From Betaproteobacteria bacterium (lineage in GTDB: Bacteria > Pseudomonadota > Gammaproteobacteria > Burkholderiales > Burkholderiaceae_C), in the NCBI GenBank assembly GCA_013289985.1, contig JABCYW010000001.1, positions 79,772-143,771 on the forward strand: a stretch of 64,000 nt of DNA, given 5' to 3'. Shown here one piece after another: positions 55,757-64,000 of this stretch; positions within the stretch are counted from its first letter, which is position 1; every line of letters begins with the position of its first letter. The position numbers and the translations under genes are program-made. The notes under the pieces were generated by a model. The model saw nothing but the letters and a program-made list of their open reading frames with translations, was not told where the DNA came from and searched no databases.

Positions 55757-56494
55757 CTAATCGCAGCGGACTAAGCCTAGTCGTATTGCCCGCAAAACTG
55801 CTTCATATTTTGTCCCGCAGGCAAGCTTTCTCATAGCGGATTGCAACCGTTCAGATGCGACTTCTTCCGTTGTCGACATCAGCTCTGCCACGCTTTTCGT
55901 TATCTTGCCGTCCATTGTCCATCGAAGTGCGTCAATTTCTCGGGACGTAAGGGCAGATCCTTCATCCGATGAGGTGACCGGCGGCAGGCATAGATCAAAA
56001 GCTGCTGCCTGGGAGTACGCAGCAAAAGACCGAAAGTCGTCTAGTGCTCGGTGGTTGTAGGTACTTCGCGAGTTATGCGCCTTGCTGCCGCTTAGACCAA
56101 TCATGTAGTGCCGGCCCTTGCGATAATGCATCGCAGTTGCGATGCCTGTTTTGTAGCCATGTGCAGCTTGATAGTCCCAAAGGTCTCTTACTCCAGCGGC
56201 TGAATAGGTATCGACATTCCAAACGATTGGCGACGACCGATTTTTGCAATGCTGACTCACCGGATCTAATTTACCTTTCTCTAAATTGTGAAAATCGTCA
56301 AGAAATTCTTGAGGTGCGTTCGTTATGGTCTGAAATTCTGTGAACGTCTCTGAGTGATCTGTAACTACCAACGCAGCAGCGAACTCATAGCCGAGATGAT
56401 TGGCGAAGCTGACTAGCTGCGCGAGAAATGCCGCCTCGGACTTGCTCTCCAGAACGTCAAGACATCTGTTTTTCATAGCGAGTTCCATATGCAT
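55757..56494 (-). CDS. LuxR-family autoinducer-binding transcriptional regulator, solo 2, paralogous to solo 1
   Basis: The two align along their whole length (LAQLVSFANHLGYEF / AQVVSFAEHLDFKF; ...DPVSQHCKNRSSPIVW...; C-terminal HTH LTSREIDALRWTMDGK). Confidence 0.8.
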   Translation of the reverse strand: MHMELAMKNRCLDVLESKSEAAFLAQLVSFANHLGYEFAAALVVTDHSETFTEFQTITNAPQEFLDDFHNLEKGKLDPVSQHCKNRSSPIVWNVDTYSAAGVRDLWDYQAAHGYKTGIATAMHYRKGRHYMIGLSGSKAHNSRSTYNHRALDDFRSFAAYSQAAAFDLCLPPVTSSDEGSALTSREIDALRWTMDGKITKSVAELMSTTEEVASERLQSAMRKLACGTKYEAVLRAIRLGLVRCD

Positions 56495-56759
56495 CGGCCC
56501 TTCTCAGATGTGAGGGTGCAAGTTAGCGACCTCGAACGGAAGACGGAGGTGAAATTGCACTTCGGCGACTGTTCCCCTGTGCTTCTCCCGCGATTCGCGC
56601 TCAACACGCAGTGGCGGGTACCTGCGAAGCTGCGTTGAATCGGCAGTGCTCGACCAGAGTAGCTCAAGAAGAACACTAACATCCTCCGCGCCGCCACTGC
56701 ATCGCCAGGTTAGGGTATCGAAGCCCCTGGCTCCCTTGGCGAATGCGACGCTCTCGGTC

Positions 56760-57932
56760 CTACTGCGCCGCCCGCCTCGTCAACTGCCGACTCACGAACA
56801 TCAACGCCGCCACCGTCAGCACGGCGCAGATCAGCAGCCCGGGGGCGACATCGAGTGCGCTGATGGGGGCGTTCTTCAGGACGCGGTTCATCAGGGTGGA
56901 CTGTGCCAGCGCGGGCACCCACAGGTTCCAGGCGGACTCGCCTTCCTGGTTGAACAGGCTCACCATGGGCGTCAAGGCGACGGCGAGCACGAGCACGACG
57001 GTGTTGGCCTGCGCTTCCTTGTGGGTCTTGCAGCGGATGGCGATGGCCATCATCAGGGCGGACAGGGCCGCGGCGAGCGGGGCGAGCAGGCCGATGAACC
57101 AGGCGGCCTCGACCCAGCCGAATCGGAACAGCGCGGCGAGCGACTCGCTGCGCAGCAGGCTCTGCGCGGGCAGGAAGCTCATGCACGACAGCACTGCGAT
57201 CAGCAGGCCCAGCGCGAACACCGCGCCCCACTTGCCCACCACCAGGGCCATGCGCGCGGCGGGCGTGGCGAGCAGCGGCTCCAGCGATCCGCGTTCGCGC
57301 TCGCCGGCGGTGGTGTCGAGGGCGGCGTTGAGGGCGCCGTACAGGACGGCCATCATCACGAACATGGGCACCATGCTGGTGAGCTGGGCGGCGCGCGAGG
57401 CGTTGTCGGCGATGTCGTGCTCGTCGACGCTGGACACGTTCATCACACCGGGTGCGACGCCGCGGGCGATCAGGCGCAGCGAGGCCTGTTCCTGCCCGAA
57501 GCCCTGCAGCAGCCGCTCGATCGCGCCGACACCGGCCTGCGCGCGGCCGTTGGCGCTGCTGTAGACCAGCTGGATCCGCGGCGCCTGGCCGTGGGCGAGG
57601 TCGTCCTCGAAATTCGCGGGCACGATCACGACCGGATCGCCCAGCTTGCTGTCCTTGAGCTGGCTCTCCCAGTCGGCGGGGGCCGTCCTGACGATGAAGG
57701 TCTGGCGCTCGAGGTAGTTGCGCAGCGTGGGCGCGGCGTCCAGGCCGATCGCGACGATCTCGCGCGCCTCGGCACGCTTCTCGTACTTGCCCATCAGCGA
57801 CGACAGCAGCACGAGCATCAGCGGCCCGATGGCGATCGAGGTGAAGAACACCACCATCAAGGTGCGACGGTCGCGCAGCGCGTCCTTGAGCTCCTTGACG
57901 AACACCGTCCACATCGCGGCTGGATTGCTCAT
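56760..57932 (-). CDS. ABC-2 type transporter permease
   Basis: A 390-aa product with an N-terminal TM, a large extracytoplasmic loop and 5 C-terminal TM segments. Its start overlaps the ATPase stop as ATGA. Confidence 0.8.
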   Translation of the reverse strand: MSNPAAMWTVFVKELKDALRDRRTLMVVFFTSIAIGPLMLVLLSSLMGKYEKRAEAREIVAIGLDAAPTLRNYLERQTFIVRTAPADWESQLKDSKLGDPVVIVPANFEDDLAHGQAPRIQLVYSSANGRAQAGVGAIERLLQGFGQEQASLRLIARGVAPGVMNVSSVDEHDIADNASRAAQLTSMVPMFVMMAVLYGALNAALDTTAGERERGSLEPLLATPAARMALVVGKWGAVFALGLLIAVLSCMSFLPAQSLLRSESLAALFRFGWVEAAWFIGLLAPLAAALSALMMAIAIRCKTHKEAQANTVVLVLAVALTPMVSLFNQEGESAWNLWVPALAQSTLMNRVLKNAPISALDVAPGLLICAVLTVAALMFVSRQLTRRAAQ

Positions 57933-58687
57933 GAGGCAAGCTCCGTTCCGAACGCGAGGCGCACGAAGGCGTCCTCGAAATCGTCGCAGCCGGCCTGCTC
58001 GCACAGGCTGGCCACGGTGCCGTCGGCGACGTGGCGGCCGTGCGCCACCACCACCACGCGGTCGCACAGCCGCTCCACCTCCTGCATGATGTGCGTGGAG
58101 AAGACGATGCACTTGCCCGTCTCGTCGCGCAGCACGCGCAGGGCCTCGCGCAGCGCGCGCGTGGCCACCACGTCGAGTCCGTTGGTGGGCTCGTCCAGCA
58201 CGATGTTGGCGGGGTCGTGCACGAGCGCGCGCGCGAGCGCCGTCTTCATGCGTTCGCCCTGGCTGAAGCCGTCGGTGCGGCGGTCGAGCAGCGCCTCCAT
58301 CTCCAGCAGCCTGGCCAGGTGTTCGCAGCGCGCCTGCGCCACGTCGTCGGCCACGCCGTGCAGGCGGCCGTGGTAGACGATGTTCTCGCGGGCGGTCAGG
58401 CGCGGATACAGGCCGCGCGCATCGGACAGTACCCCCAGGCGCCCGCGCACGGCGGGCGCGTTCTCTCGCATGTCGATGCCATCGACCGTGATCGTCCCGC
58501 TGTCGGGAGTGACGAGGCCCACGAGCATGCGCAGGCTGGTGGTCTTGCCGGCCCCGTTGGGGCCCAGCAGCCCGGTGATGGCGCCGTCCTGCGCGTGCAA
58601 GGTCATGCCGTCGACGGCGACCACCGTGCGGGCCTTGTGGCCGCGGCCGCTCGTGAACTGCTTGCGCAGGTCGTCCATCGCGATCAT
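57929..58687 (-). CDS. ABC transporter ATP-binding protein
   Basis: Walker A GPNGAGKTT, signature FSQGERMKTAL, and Walker B IVLDEPTNGLD. Confidence 0.85.
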   Translation of the reverse strand: MIAMDDLRKQFTSGRGHKARTVVAVDGMTLHAQDGAITGLLGPNGAGKTTSLRMLVGLVTPDSGTITVDGIDMRENAPAVRGRLGVLSDARGLYPRLTARENIVYHGRLHGVADDVAQARCEHLARLLEMEALLDRRTDGFSQGERMKTALARALVHDPANIVLDEPTNGLDVVATRALREALRVLRDETGKCIVFSTHIMQEVERLCDRVVVVAHGRHVADGTVASLCEQAGCDDFEDAFVRLAFGTELAS

Positions 58688-60255
58688 CGCGGATCCTTGG
58701 TGGCAGCCGGCGCGGCGGCGTCGGGCGCGCGCGGCGACGGGTCGTCGAAACGATTCGGGTCGTTGGTGGCGGGCACGGCACGCGCGGGCAGCGGGGGCTG
58801 GAACGCGAGGGGACGCGGCACCTTGGCGGCGCAGTTCATGTCCACTGCCTGCGCCGCGGCGTCGGTGGCGGCATCCATGAAATGGAACACGGCGTCGCGC
58901 ATGCAGGCGATGGCGGTGACGTTGTGGCCGTTGTTGGCGACGACCACCGAGCGGGCGTTCGCGCCGAGCGCCTTGGCCACGCGCTCGGCGTGGCGCGGCG
59001 GCGTCACCGGGTCGAGGCCGCCGGACATCAGCAGCACCGCCGAGGCGCTGGCCGGGATCGTGTAGAACGCGGCCGGCACGTCGCCGCGCGGCCAGTGCGC
59101 GCACACGGCGCGGTACAGGCCGGGCGCGCCCGGCTCCTCGCCCGCTCCGGCGACCGGTGGCAGGCGCGGCACATCTTCCGCGCAGATGACGGAGAAGTGC
59201 TGGCCTTCCGACAGGTCGGTGGGCAGGCCTCCGGTGGACGTCGACAGCGCCAGCAGCGGGCCGAAGCGCCCCGCCGCTGCCTCGTCGATGGCGTGCGGCA
59301 GCATCGCGCCGAGCGCCGGCGCGTACAGCGGCGAACGAACGAGGCCGCGCGCGGCCTCCGCCGTCATCGTCACGTGCAGCGGCTTGCCGGTGATGGGGCC
59401 GGCCAGGTCGACGGGACGCGGCAACGACGCCAGCAACGCCTGCCAATGCTCGGCCAGCGCCGGGTGGGCGGCCGCGCAGGCCTTCTCGGCGGCGCAGTCG
59501 CGGAACAGCGCCTGCAGGGCCGCCTGCGCGTCGATGTCGTCGCTGACGGGCAGCACCATGTCGGGCGGCGCCACGCCGTCGATCACGCTGCGGCGCACAT
59601 GCCGCGGATACGCCCTCAGGTATTCCAGCGCCGCGCGCGTGCCGTAGCTGATGCCGATGAGGTCGACCTTGTCGGCGCCGAGCGCGACACGCACCGCGTC
59701 GGCGTCTGCCATCGCGATGGTGGTGGTGTAGAAGCGCAGGTCGCCCCAGGGCAGCTGCTGCAGTTTCATGCGGCAGGCGTCGAGCGCGGCGACCGCCCGC
59801 GCGCGATCGAGCGCGCGCGCGAGTGCCTCCTCGGGCTCCGGCACGTCGCATTGCAGCGGCGCGCTGTGGCCGGTGCCGCGCTGGTCGATCAGCACCAGGT
59901 CGCGCCGCGCGCCCAGGCGCGACGTGAGGTGCTCGATGGTGCCGGCCAGGCCGATGGCGCTCTGGCCGGGGCCGCCGGCGAAGAAGAAGATCGGATCGGG
60001 GAGCTTCTGGCGCGCCAGCGCGGGGATCACGACCACGTGCAGGTCGATCTGCGTGCCTTGCGGCTTCGCCGGATCGAGCGGACGCTTGAGGACGCCGCAT
60101 TGCGCGTCGTGCTCCAGGCCCACCAGGCGGCAGCTGTGCAAGGCCAGCGGAGCGGACGCCGTCGCGGCTGGATCGGGCGCGGCCAAGGCCAGGCCGCCTG
60201 CGGCGGACAGCGCGAGAGCGAGGGTGCGCGCCAGCCGCGCCGCGGCCCGCCTCAC
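58684..60255 (-). CDS. secreted alpha/beta hydrolase (proline iminopeptidase/TAP-like S33 family)
   Basis: Signal peptide (GTG start) VRRAAARLARTLALALSAAGGLALAAP. Nucleophile elbow GISYGT. The ORF-track N-terminal extension to 60708 was rejected because it overlaps the Grx-like gene in another frame. Confidence 0.7.
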   Translation of the reverse strand: MRRAAARLARTLALALSAAGGLALAAPDPAATASAPLALHSCRLVGLEHDAQCGVLKRPLDPAKPQGTQIDLHVVVIPALARQKLPDPIFFFAGGPGQSAIGLAGTIEHLTSRLGARRDLVLIDQRGTGHSAPLQCDVPEPEEALARALDRARAVAALDACRMKLQQLPWGDLRFYTTTIAMADADAVRVALGADKVDLIGISYGTRAALEYLRAYPRHVRRSVIDGVAPPDMVLPVSDDIDAQAALQALFRDCAAEKACAAAHPALAEHWQALLASLPRPVDLAGPITGKPLHVTMTAEAARGLVRSPLYAPALGAMLPHAIDEAAAGRFGPLLALSTSTGGLPTDLSEGQHFSVICAEDVPRLPPVAGAGEEPGAPGLYRAVCAHWPRGDVPAAFYTIPASASAVLLMSGGLDPVTPPRHAERVAKALGANARSVVVANNGHNVTAIACMRDAVFHFMDAATDAAAQAVDMNCAAKVPRPLAFQPPLPARAVPATNDPNRFDDPSPRAPDAAAPAATKDPR

Positions 60256-60683
60256 GCGCGCACCGGCCAGGCGGCGGCGCTCTGCTTGAGCGTGGACTGG
60301 TTCATGCGCATCAGGTCGGTGGCGCCGCCGATGAACTCGCCGTTGACGAAGATCATGGGGAACGTGGTCCATCCCGTCCACAGCTTCAGCGGCAGGCGCT
60401 TGCGCCACTCGCTCACGTAGCTGCCGTACTCGATGTACTGGTACGGGATGCCGGCGGAATCCAGCCACTTGCGCGCCTGGCGCGGGAACGGGTTCCAGCG
60501 CATGCCCACGACCACGATCGCGTTGGCGGCGACCGCGGCTTCCACCTCCGCGATGACCGCCTTGCCCTCGTCCGAGATGCGCGCGCGGATGGCGGGATGG
60601 ACGCGGGATTCGTCGAGGATGGTTCTGGTCACGATGGCATTCCGGCGAGCTGCGAAGGCGGCCAGCGTAACAGGTTCGGACAC
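60252..60683 (-). CDS. glutaredoxin-like (thioredoxin-fold) protein lacking any cysteine
   Basis: A Grx-like fold with a C-terminal TFPMIFVNGEFIGGATDL motif, but the CGFS/CPYC active-site position reads WNPFP. The protein contains no Cys at all. Confidence 0.6.
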   Translation of the reverse strand: MSEPVTLAAFAARRNAIVTRTILDESRVHPAIRARISDEGKAVIAEVEAAVAANAIVVVGMRWNPFPRQARKWLDSAGIPYQYIEYGSYVSEWRKRLPLKLWTGWTTFPMIFVNGEFIGGATDLMRMNQSTLKQSAAAWPVRA

Positions 60684-60833
60684 GCCCGCGACGCGCGTTC
60701 ATCGCCATTCCACGACGCTTCGCCGAGTGGCCTTGCGCGCGTCCGGGCCAAGCAGGATGGCGCGGTTTTGGGCATCATGGGCGCCTCGTCGCGCCGCCCG
60801 TCCGGTGCTTCTCAACCCTCCCGAAAGCCCGTC

Positions 60834-61442
60834 ATGAAGCTCTACTACAGCCCCGGCGCCTGCTCGCTGTCTCCCCACATCGCGCTGCGCGAAGCGGGCA
60901 TCAGGTTCGATCTCGTCAAGGCCGCGCTGCAGACGCACACCCTGGCCGACGGCAGCGACTACTACCAGGTCACCGCCAAGGGCCAGGTGCCGCTGCTGGA
61001 GCTCGACGACGGCACGCGCCTGAGCGAAGGGCCGGCGATCCTGCAGTACATCGCCGACCACGCGCCGGGCTGCGGCCTCGCGCCGGAGGCCGGCACGATG
61101 GAACGTTATCGCGTGCAGGAGTGGCTCAACTTCGTCACCAGCGAGCTGCACAAGGGCTTCTCGCCGCTGTTCAACCCGAAGATGCCGCAGGAGGCCAAGG
61201 AGATCTTCGCGGCGCGCCTGAAGGACAAGTTCGCCTGGGTCGACAGCAAGCTCGAAGGCAGCGACTACCTGATGGGCAAGAAGTTCAGCATCGCCGACTG
61301 CTACCTGTTCACGATCTCGAACTGGGCCGCCGGCCTGGGCATCGACCTCGGCGGCTTCAAGAACGTCGAGGCCTACCGCGCGCGCATGGCGGCGCGCCCC
61401 GCGGTGCAGGACGCGATGAAGGCGGAAGGCCTTCTCAAGTAG
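60834..61442 (+). CDS. glutathione S-transferase
   Basis: MKLYYSPGACSLSPHIALREAGI...QVPLLELDDGTRLSEGPAILQYI is a GST N-terminal thioredoxin-like domain, followed by a C-terminal helical domain. Confidence 0.85.
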   Translation: MKLYYSPGACSLSPHIALREAGIRFDLVKAALQTHTLADGSDYYQVTAKGQVPLLELDDGTRLSEGPAILQYIADHAPGCGLAPEAGTMERYRVQEWLNFVTSELHKGFSPLFNPKMPQEAKEIFAARLKDKFAWVDSKLEGSDYLMGKKFSIADCYLFTISNWAAGLGIDLGGFKNVEAYRARMAARPAVQDAMKAEGLLK

Positions 61443-61443
61443 C

Positions 61444-62658
61444 TCAGACGGCCCTGGGCGTGACCTTGCCCGCGGCCTCCTTGGCCAGCTCGCGGGCGCG
61501 CTCCACGTCGGCGTCGTGCGCCAGCGCCACGCCCATGCGGCGCTTGACGAAGCTCTCGGGCTTGCCGAACAGGCGCAGCTCGGTCTGCGGCACGCGCATC
61601 GCGTCGGCCACGCCGTCGAAGCGCAGCGCCCCGGCGTCGACGCCGCCGTAGATCACGGCGCTGGCGCCGGGGCTCTTCAGCGACACGTCCACCGGCAGGC
61701 CCAGGATGGCGCGGGCATGCAGCTCGAACTCGTTCTGCCACTGCGTGATCATCGTCACCATGCCGGTGTCGTGCGGGCGCGGGCTCACCTCGCTGAACCA
61801 CACGTCGGCGCCCTTGACGAACAGCTCGACGCCGAACAGGCCCTGGCCGCCGAGGTCGTCGGTGACGGCCTTGGCGATGCGCTCGGCGCTGGCGAGCGCG
61901 GCCGGATCCATGCGCATCGGCTGCCAGCTCTCCACGTAGTCGCCCTTGACCTGCACGTGGCCGATCGGCGCGCAGAAGCTCGTCTGCACCGCGCCGTCGG
62001 CGCCGAGCGAGCGCACGGTCAGCAGCGTGATCTCGTAGTCGAAATCTATGAAGCCTTCCACGATCACGCGGCCATGGCTCACGCGGCCGCCGGCCATCGC
62101 GACGTCCCAGGCCGCCTTCACGTCGGCCGGGCCGTCGATCTTGCTCTGGCCCTTGCCGGAGCTGCTCATCACCGGCTTGACGATGCACGGGTAGCCGATC
62201 TTGCCGTCGATGGCGGCCTGCAGCTCCTCGAGCGAGTCGCAGAACACGTACGGGCTGGTGGGCAGGCCCAGCGTCTCGGCCGCCAGGCGGCGGATGCCTT
62301 CGCGATCCATGGTGAGGCGCGCGGCGCGCGCGGTGGGAATCACGCGCACCACGCCCTCGGCCTCGAGCTTCTGCAGTTCCGCCGTGGCCAGTGCCTCGAT
62401 CTCGGGCACCACCAGGTCGGGCTTCTCGCGCTCGATCAGCGCGCGCAGCGCCACGGGGTCGCTCATCGTGATCGTGTGCGCGTGGTGCGCCACCTGCTGG
62501 CCGGGCGCGTTCTCGTAGCGGTCGACGGCGATGGTCTCGACGCCCAGGCGTTGCAGCGCGATCAGCACTTCCTTGCCGAGTTCGCCGCTGCCCAGCAGCA
62601 TCACGCGGGTGGCGGCGGGGCTGAGCGGCGTGCCCAGGGGCTTGTTGTAGGTGGTCAT
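61444..62658 (-). CDS. purT: phosphoribosylglycinamide formyltransferase 2
   Basis: ATP-grasp: [27 protein letters not shown] and [10 protein letters not shown]. Starts at MTTYNKPLG. Confidence 0.9.
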   Translation of the reverse strand: MTTYNKPLGTPLSPAATRVMLLGSGELGKEVLIALQRLGVETIAVDRYENAPGQQVAHHAHTITMSDPVALRALIEREKPDLVVPEIEALATAELQKLEAEGVVRVIPTARAARLTMDREGIRRLAAETLGLPTSPYVFCDSLEELQAAIDGKIGYPCIVKPVMSSSGKGQSKIDGPADVKAAWDVAMAGGRVSHGRVIVEGFIDFDYEITLLTVRSLGADGAVQTSFCAPIGHVQVKGDYVESWQPMRMDPAALASAERIAKAVTDDLGGQGLFGVELFVKGADVWFSEVSPRPHDTGMVTMITQWQNEFELHARAILGLPVDVSLKSPGASAVIYGGVDAGALRFDGVADAMRVPQTELRLFGKPESFVKRRMGVALAHDADVERARELAKEAAGKVTPRAV

Positions 62659-62686
62659 GTCGGTCGGGACGGGTGAGTCAGGAAAA

Positions 62687-64000
62687 TCAGGCCTTGGCGG
62701 CGGCGGGCTTGAACACGCCGTCGCAGGTGGCGCGCTGCGGGTCACCCGCGGGCAGCCTGGCGCAGATGCCGTTGACCTGCGCGCTCAGGTGGTCGACGAC
62801 GGCCTGGTGCTTGCCGTCGGCGTTCCACTTCTGCAGCTTCTTGCCCACGCGCTGCAGCGAATGGGCGCTGCGCTGGTCGAAGGCGTTGGGCTGGGCGGCG
62901 GCCTCGTTGAACACCGTCTGCGCGGTGGCCTCGATGCGCTTCGAATCGTTGGGCGCCAGGTCGACCAGCGCGCTCAGGTAGGCCGAGCCCCACTGCAGCC
63001 GCGTGGCCGGGCCCTCGCTCTTGTCGAAGGCCTGCTGGTACCAGCTCAGCGCCTCGGCCGTGCGGCCCTGCTTGCGCGCGTTGGAGCCCAGCTCGCTCAT
63101 CAGGTAGTACGGCGCGTGGCTCCTGGCGAGGCTGCCCTTGAGCAGCGTCTCCGATTCCTTCCACAGGCCGGCCTCTTCCAGCAGCTGCGCGGCGGTCGGG
63201 ATCACGGCCTGGCGCTCGAACGCGTTGGTCGACTCGCGGTCGGTGGAGGCCGCGGTCTCGCGCACTTCCTTGACGAGCGCCGGCGGCAGCTTGGGATGCA
63301 TCGCGTCCTTGGGCTGGTCGAGGCGGGCCAGCGAGACGCGCGCGAACAGCGCGTCCAGCCGATCGCCGCGCGACAGCGTGGTGTCGGCCTGCAGGCGCGT
63401 GAGCGCGGCGTCGAACGAGGCGACCAGCTTGTCGCGGTCGGCGCCCGGCTTGGGCGCCAGCGCGGTGACGATGTCGGCGGCGCTGTTCGTGAGGATGTCC
63501 ATGGTGGCGCGGCTCGCCGCCGGGTCGGCCAGCACCTGGGCGACGCGGGCGCGCGTGGCGGCGTCGGGCGCCGGCGCGTTCGCCTCGTCGCCGTCGCCGA
63601 CGGACTTCAGCGCCAGGCGCGTGCAGGCCGCGGATTCGCTCGCCGGGCAGGCCGCCGCGAGCTTGCGCAGCAGCGGGCCGCGCTCGGCCGCCGGCACCGC
63701 CTGCGCGCCATCGTCGGTGTCCCACGAGTAGAACGCCAGCAGACGCCATTCGCCGCCCGCCAGGGGCTTTCCGGCACGGGCGTCGGCCAGCACCTGCGCG
63801 ATCGGGCGGCCGCTTGCCATGCCCAGCTGCAGCAGCTGCATCACCTGCGCCGCGTCCACCTCGCCCGGCAGGCGCGTGAGTTCCTTGCGGTCTGGGCTGA
63901 ACAGGATCAGCGTCGGGTAGCCCGACACCTTGAACTTCGTGCCCAGCTTCTGCGCGCCGGGTGCGTCGCCGTCCAGGTGCACGGCGACGAAGCTCTTCGA
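62687..64000 (-). CDS. thioredoxin-fold domain protein with a C-terminal helical (TPR-like) domain, 5' end runs past the window
   Basis: The visible start of the product ([14 protein letters not shown]) is the C-terminal part of a thioredoxin fold, so the gene continues past 64000. Confidence 0.65.
   Translation of the reverse strand, partial: SKSFVAVHLDGDAPGAQKLGTKFKVSGYPTLILFSPDRKELTRLPGEVDAAQVMQLLQLGMASGRPIAQVLADARAGKPLAGGEWRLLAFYSWDTDDGAQAVPAAERGPLLRKLAAACPASESAACTRLALKSVGDGDEANAPAPDAATRARVAQVLADPAASRATMDILTNSAADIVTALAPKPGADRDKLVASFDAALTRLQADTTLSRGDRLDALFARVSLARLDQPKDAMHPKLPPALVKEVRETAASTDRESTNAFERQAVIPTAAQLLEEAGLWKESETLLKGSLARSHAPYYLMSELGSNARKQGRTAEALSWYQQAFDKSEGPATRLQWGSAYLSALVDLAPNDSKRIEATAQTVFNEAAAQPNAFDQRSAHSLQRVGKKLQKWNADGKHQAVVDHLSAQVNGICARLPAGDPQRATCDGVFKPAAAKA

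Noticed and set aside
56743-60420. Plus-strand ORFs of 576, 344 and 512 aa, and the 723-aa minus-strand reading 57929-60100.
   Set aside because: They are antisense or alternative frames over the ABC permease, ATPase and hydrolase genes. 57929-60100 is the ATPase gene (start 58687) with a junk extension through the hydrolase.
61516-63731. Plus-strand ORFs of 386 aa and 197 aa, and minus-strand ORFs of 271 aa and 335 aa, over purT and the thioredoxin-like gene.
   Set aside because: They are shadow frames. PurT and the thioredoxin-fold protein are clear in their own frames.

Overview
This window reads as a high-GC (by eye about 65-70%) betaproteobacterial chromosome segment, Burkholderiales-like, covering the replication-origin neighbourhood. 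The conserved block mnmE-yidC-yidD-rnpA-rpmH sits on the minus strand and is divergent from dnaA-dnaN-gyrB on the plus strand, with DnaA boxes in the rpmH-dnaA and dnaA-dnaN spacers. Further along, around 49.8-53.3 kb, lies mnmG-rsmG-parA on the minus strand, with no parB next to parA. The rest is mostly ordinary housekeeping and accessory genes: regulators (two LysR, oxyR, an XRE-family protein), transporters (MFS, an ABC-2 exporter, a fused binding-protein/permease), gor, queA, tgt, recG, purT, a GST, a flotillin-like protein and a large hybrid sensor kinase. Because of the high GC content, nearly every gene is shadowed by long spurious ORFs in other frames or on the opposite strand, and these were rejected. 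Two stretches of visibly lower GC look horizontally acquired. The first (about 10.1-14.3 kb) lies immediately downstream of gyrB and is the most interesting part of the window: it is flanked by about 73-bp imperfect direct repeats built from about 21-bp TGCGAYT-containing units, and it contains two tandem paralogous membrane-anchored proteins with no recognisable domain, a 164-aa/87-aa gene pair with a 4-nt overlap that looks like a toxin/immunity module, and a dense CGTGTCAC repeat array. The second (about 53.8-56.7 kb) lies downstream of mnmG and carries two tandem LuxR-family autoinducer-type regulators with no synthase gene and a lux-box-like palindrome. Smaller oddities are an about 75-aa low-complexity insertion in RnpA that contains a perfect DnaA box, a sensor kinase whose signal peptide is encoded upstream of its first canonical start codon, an unannotated 42-codon hydrophobic ORF upstream of queA, and a glutaredoxin-like protein with no cysteine in an operon with a secreted hydrolase and an ABC exporter. 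No rRNA, tRNA, CRISPR array, transposase or integrase was recognised.
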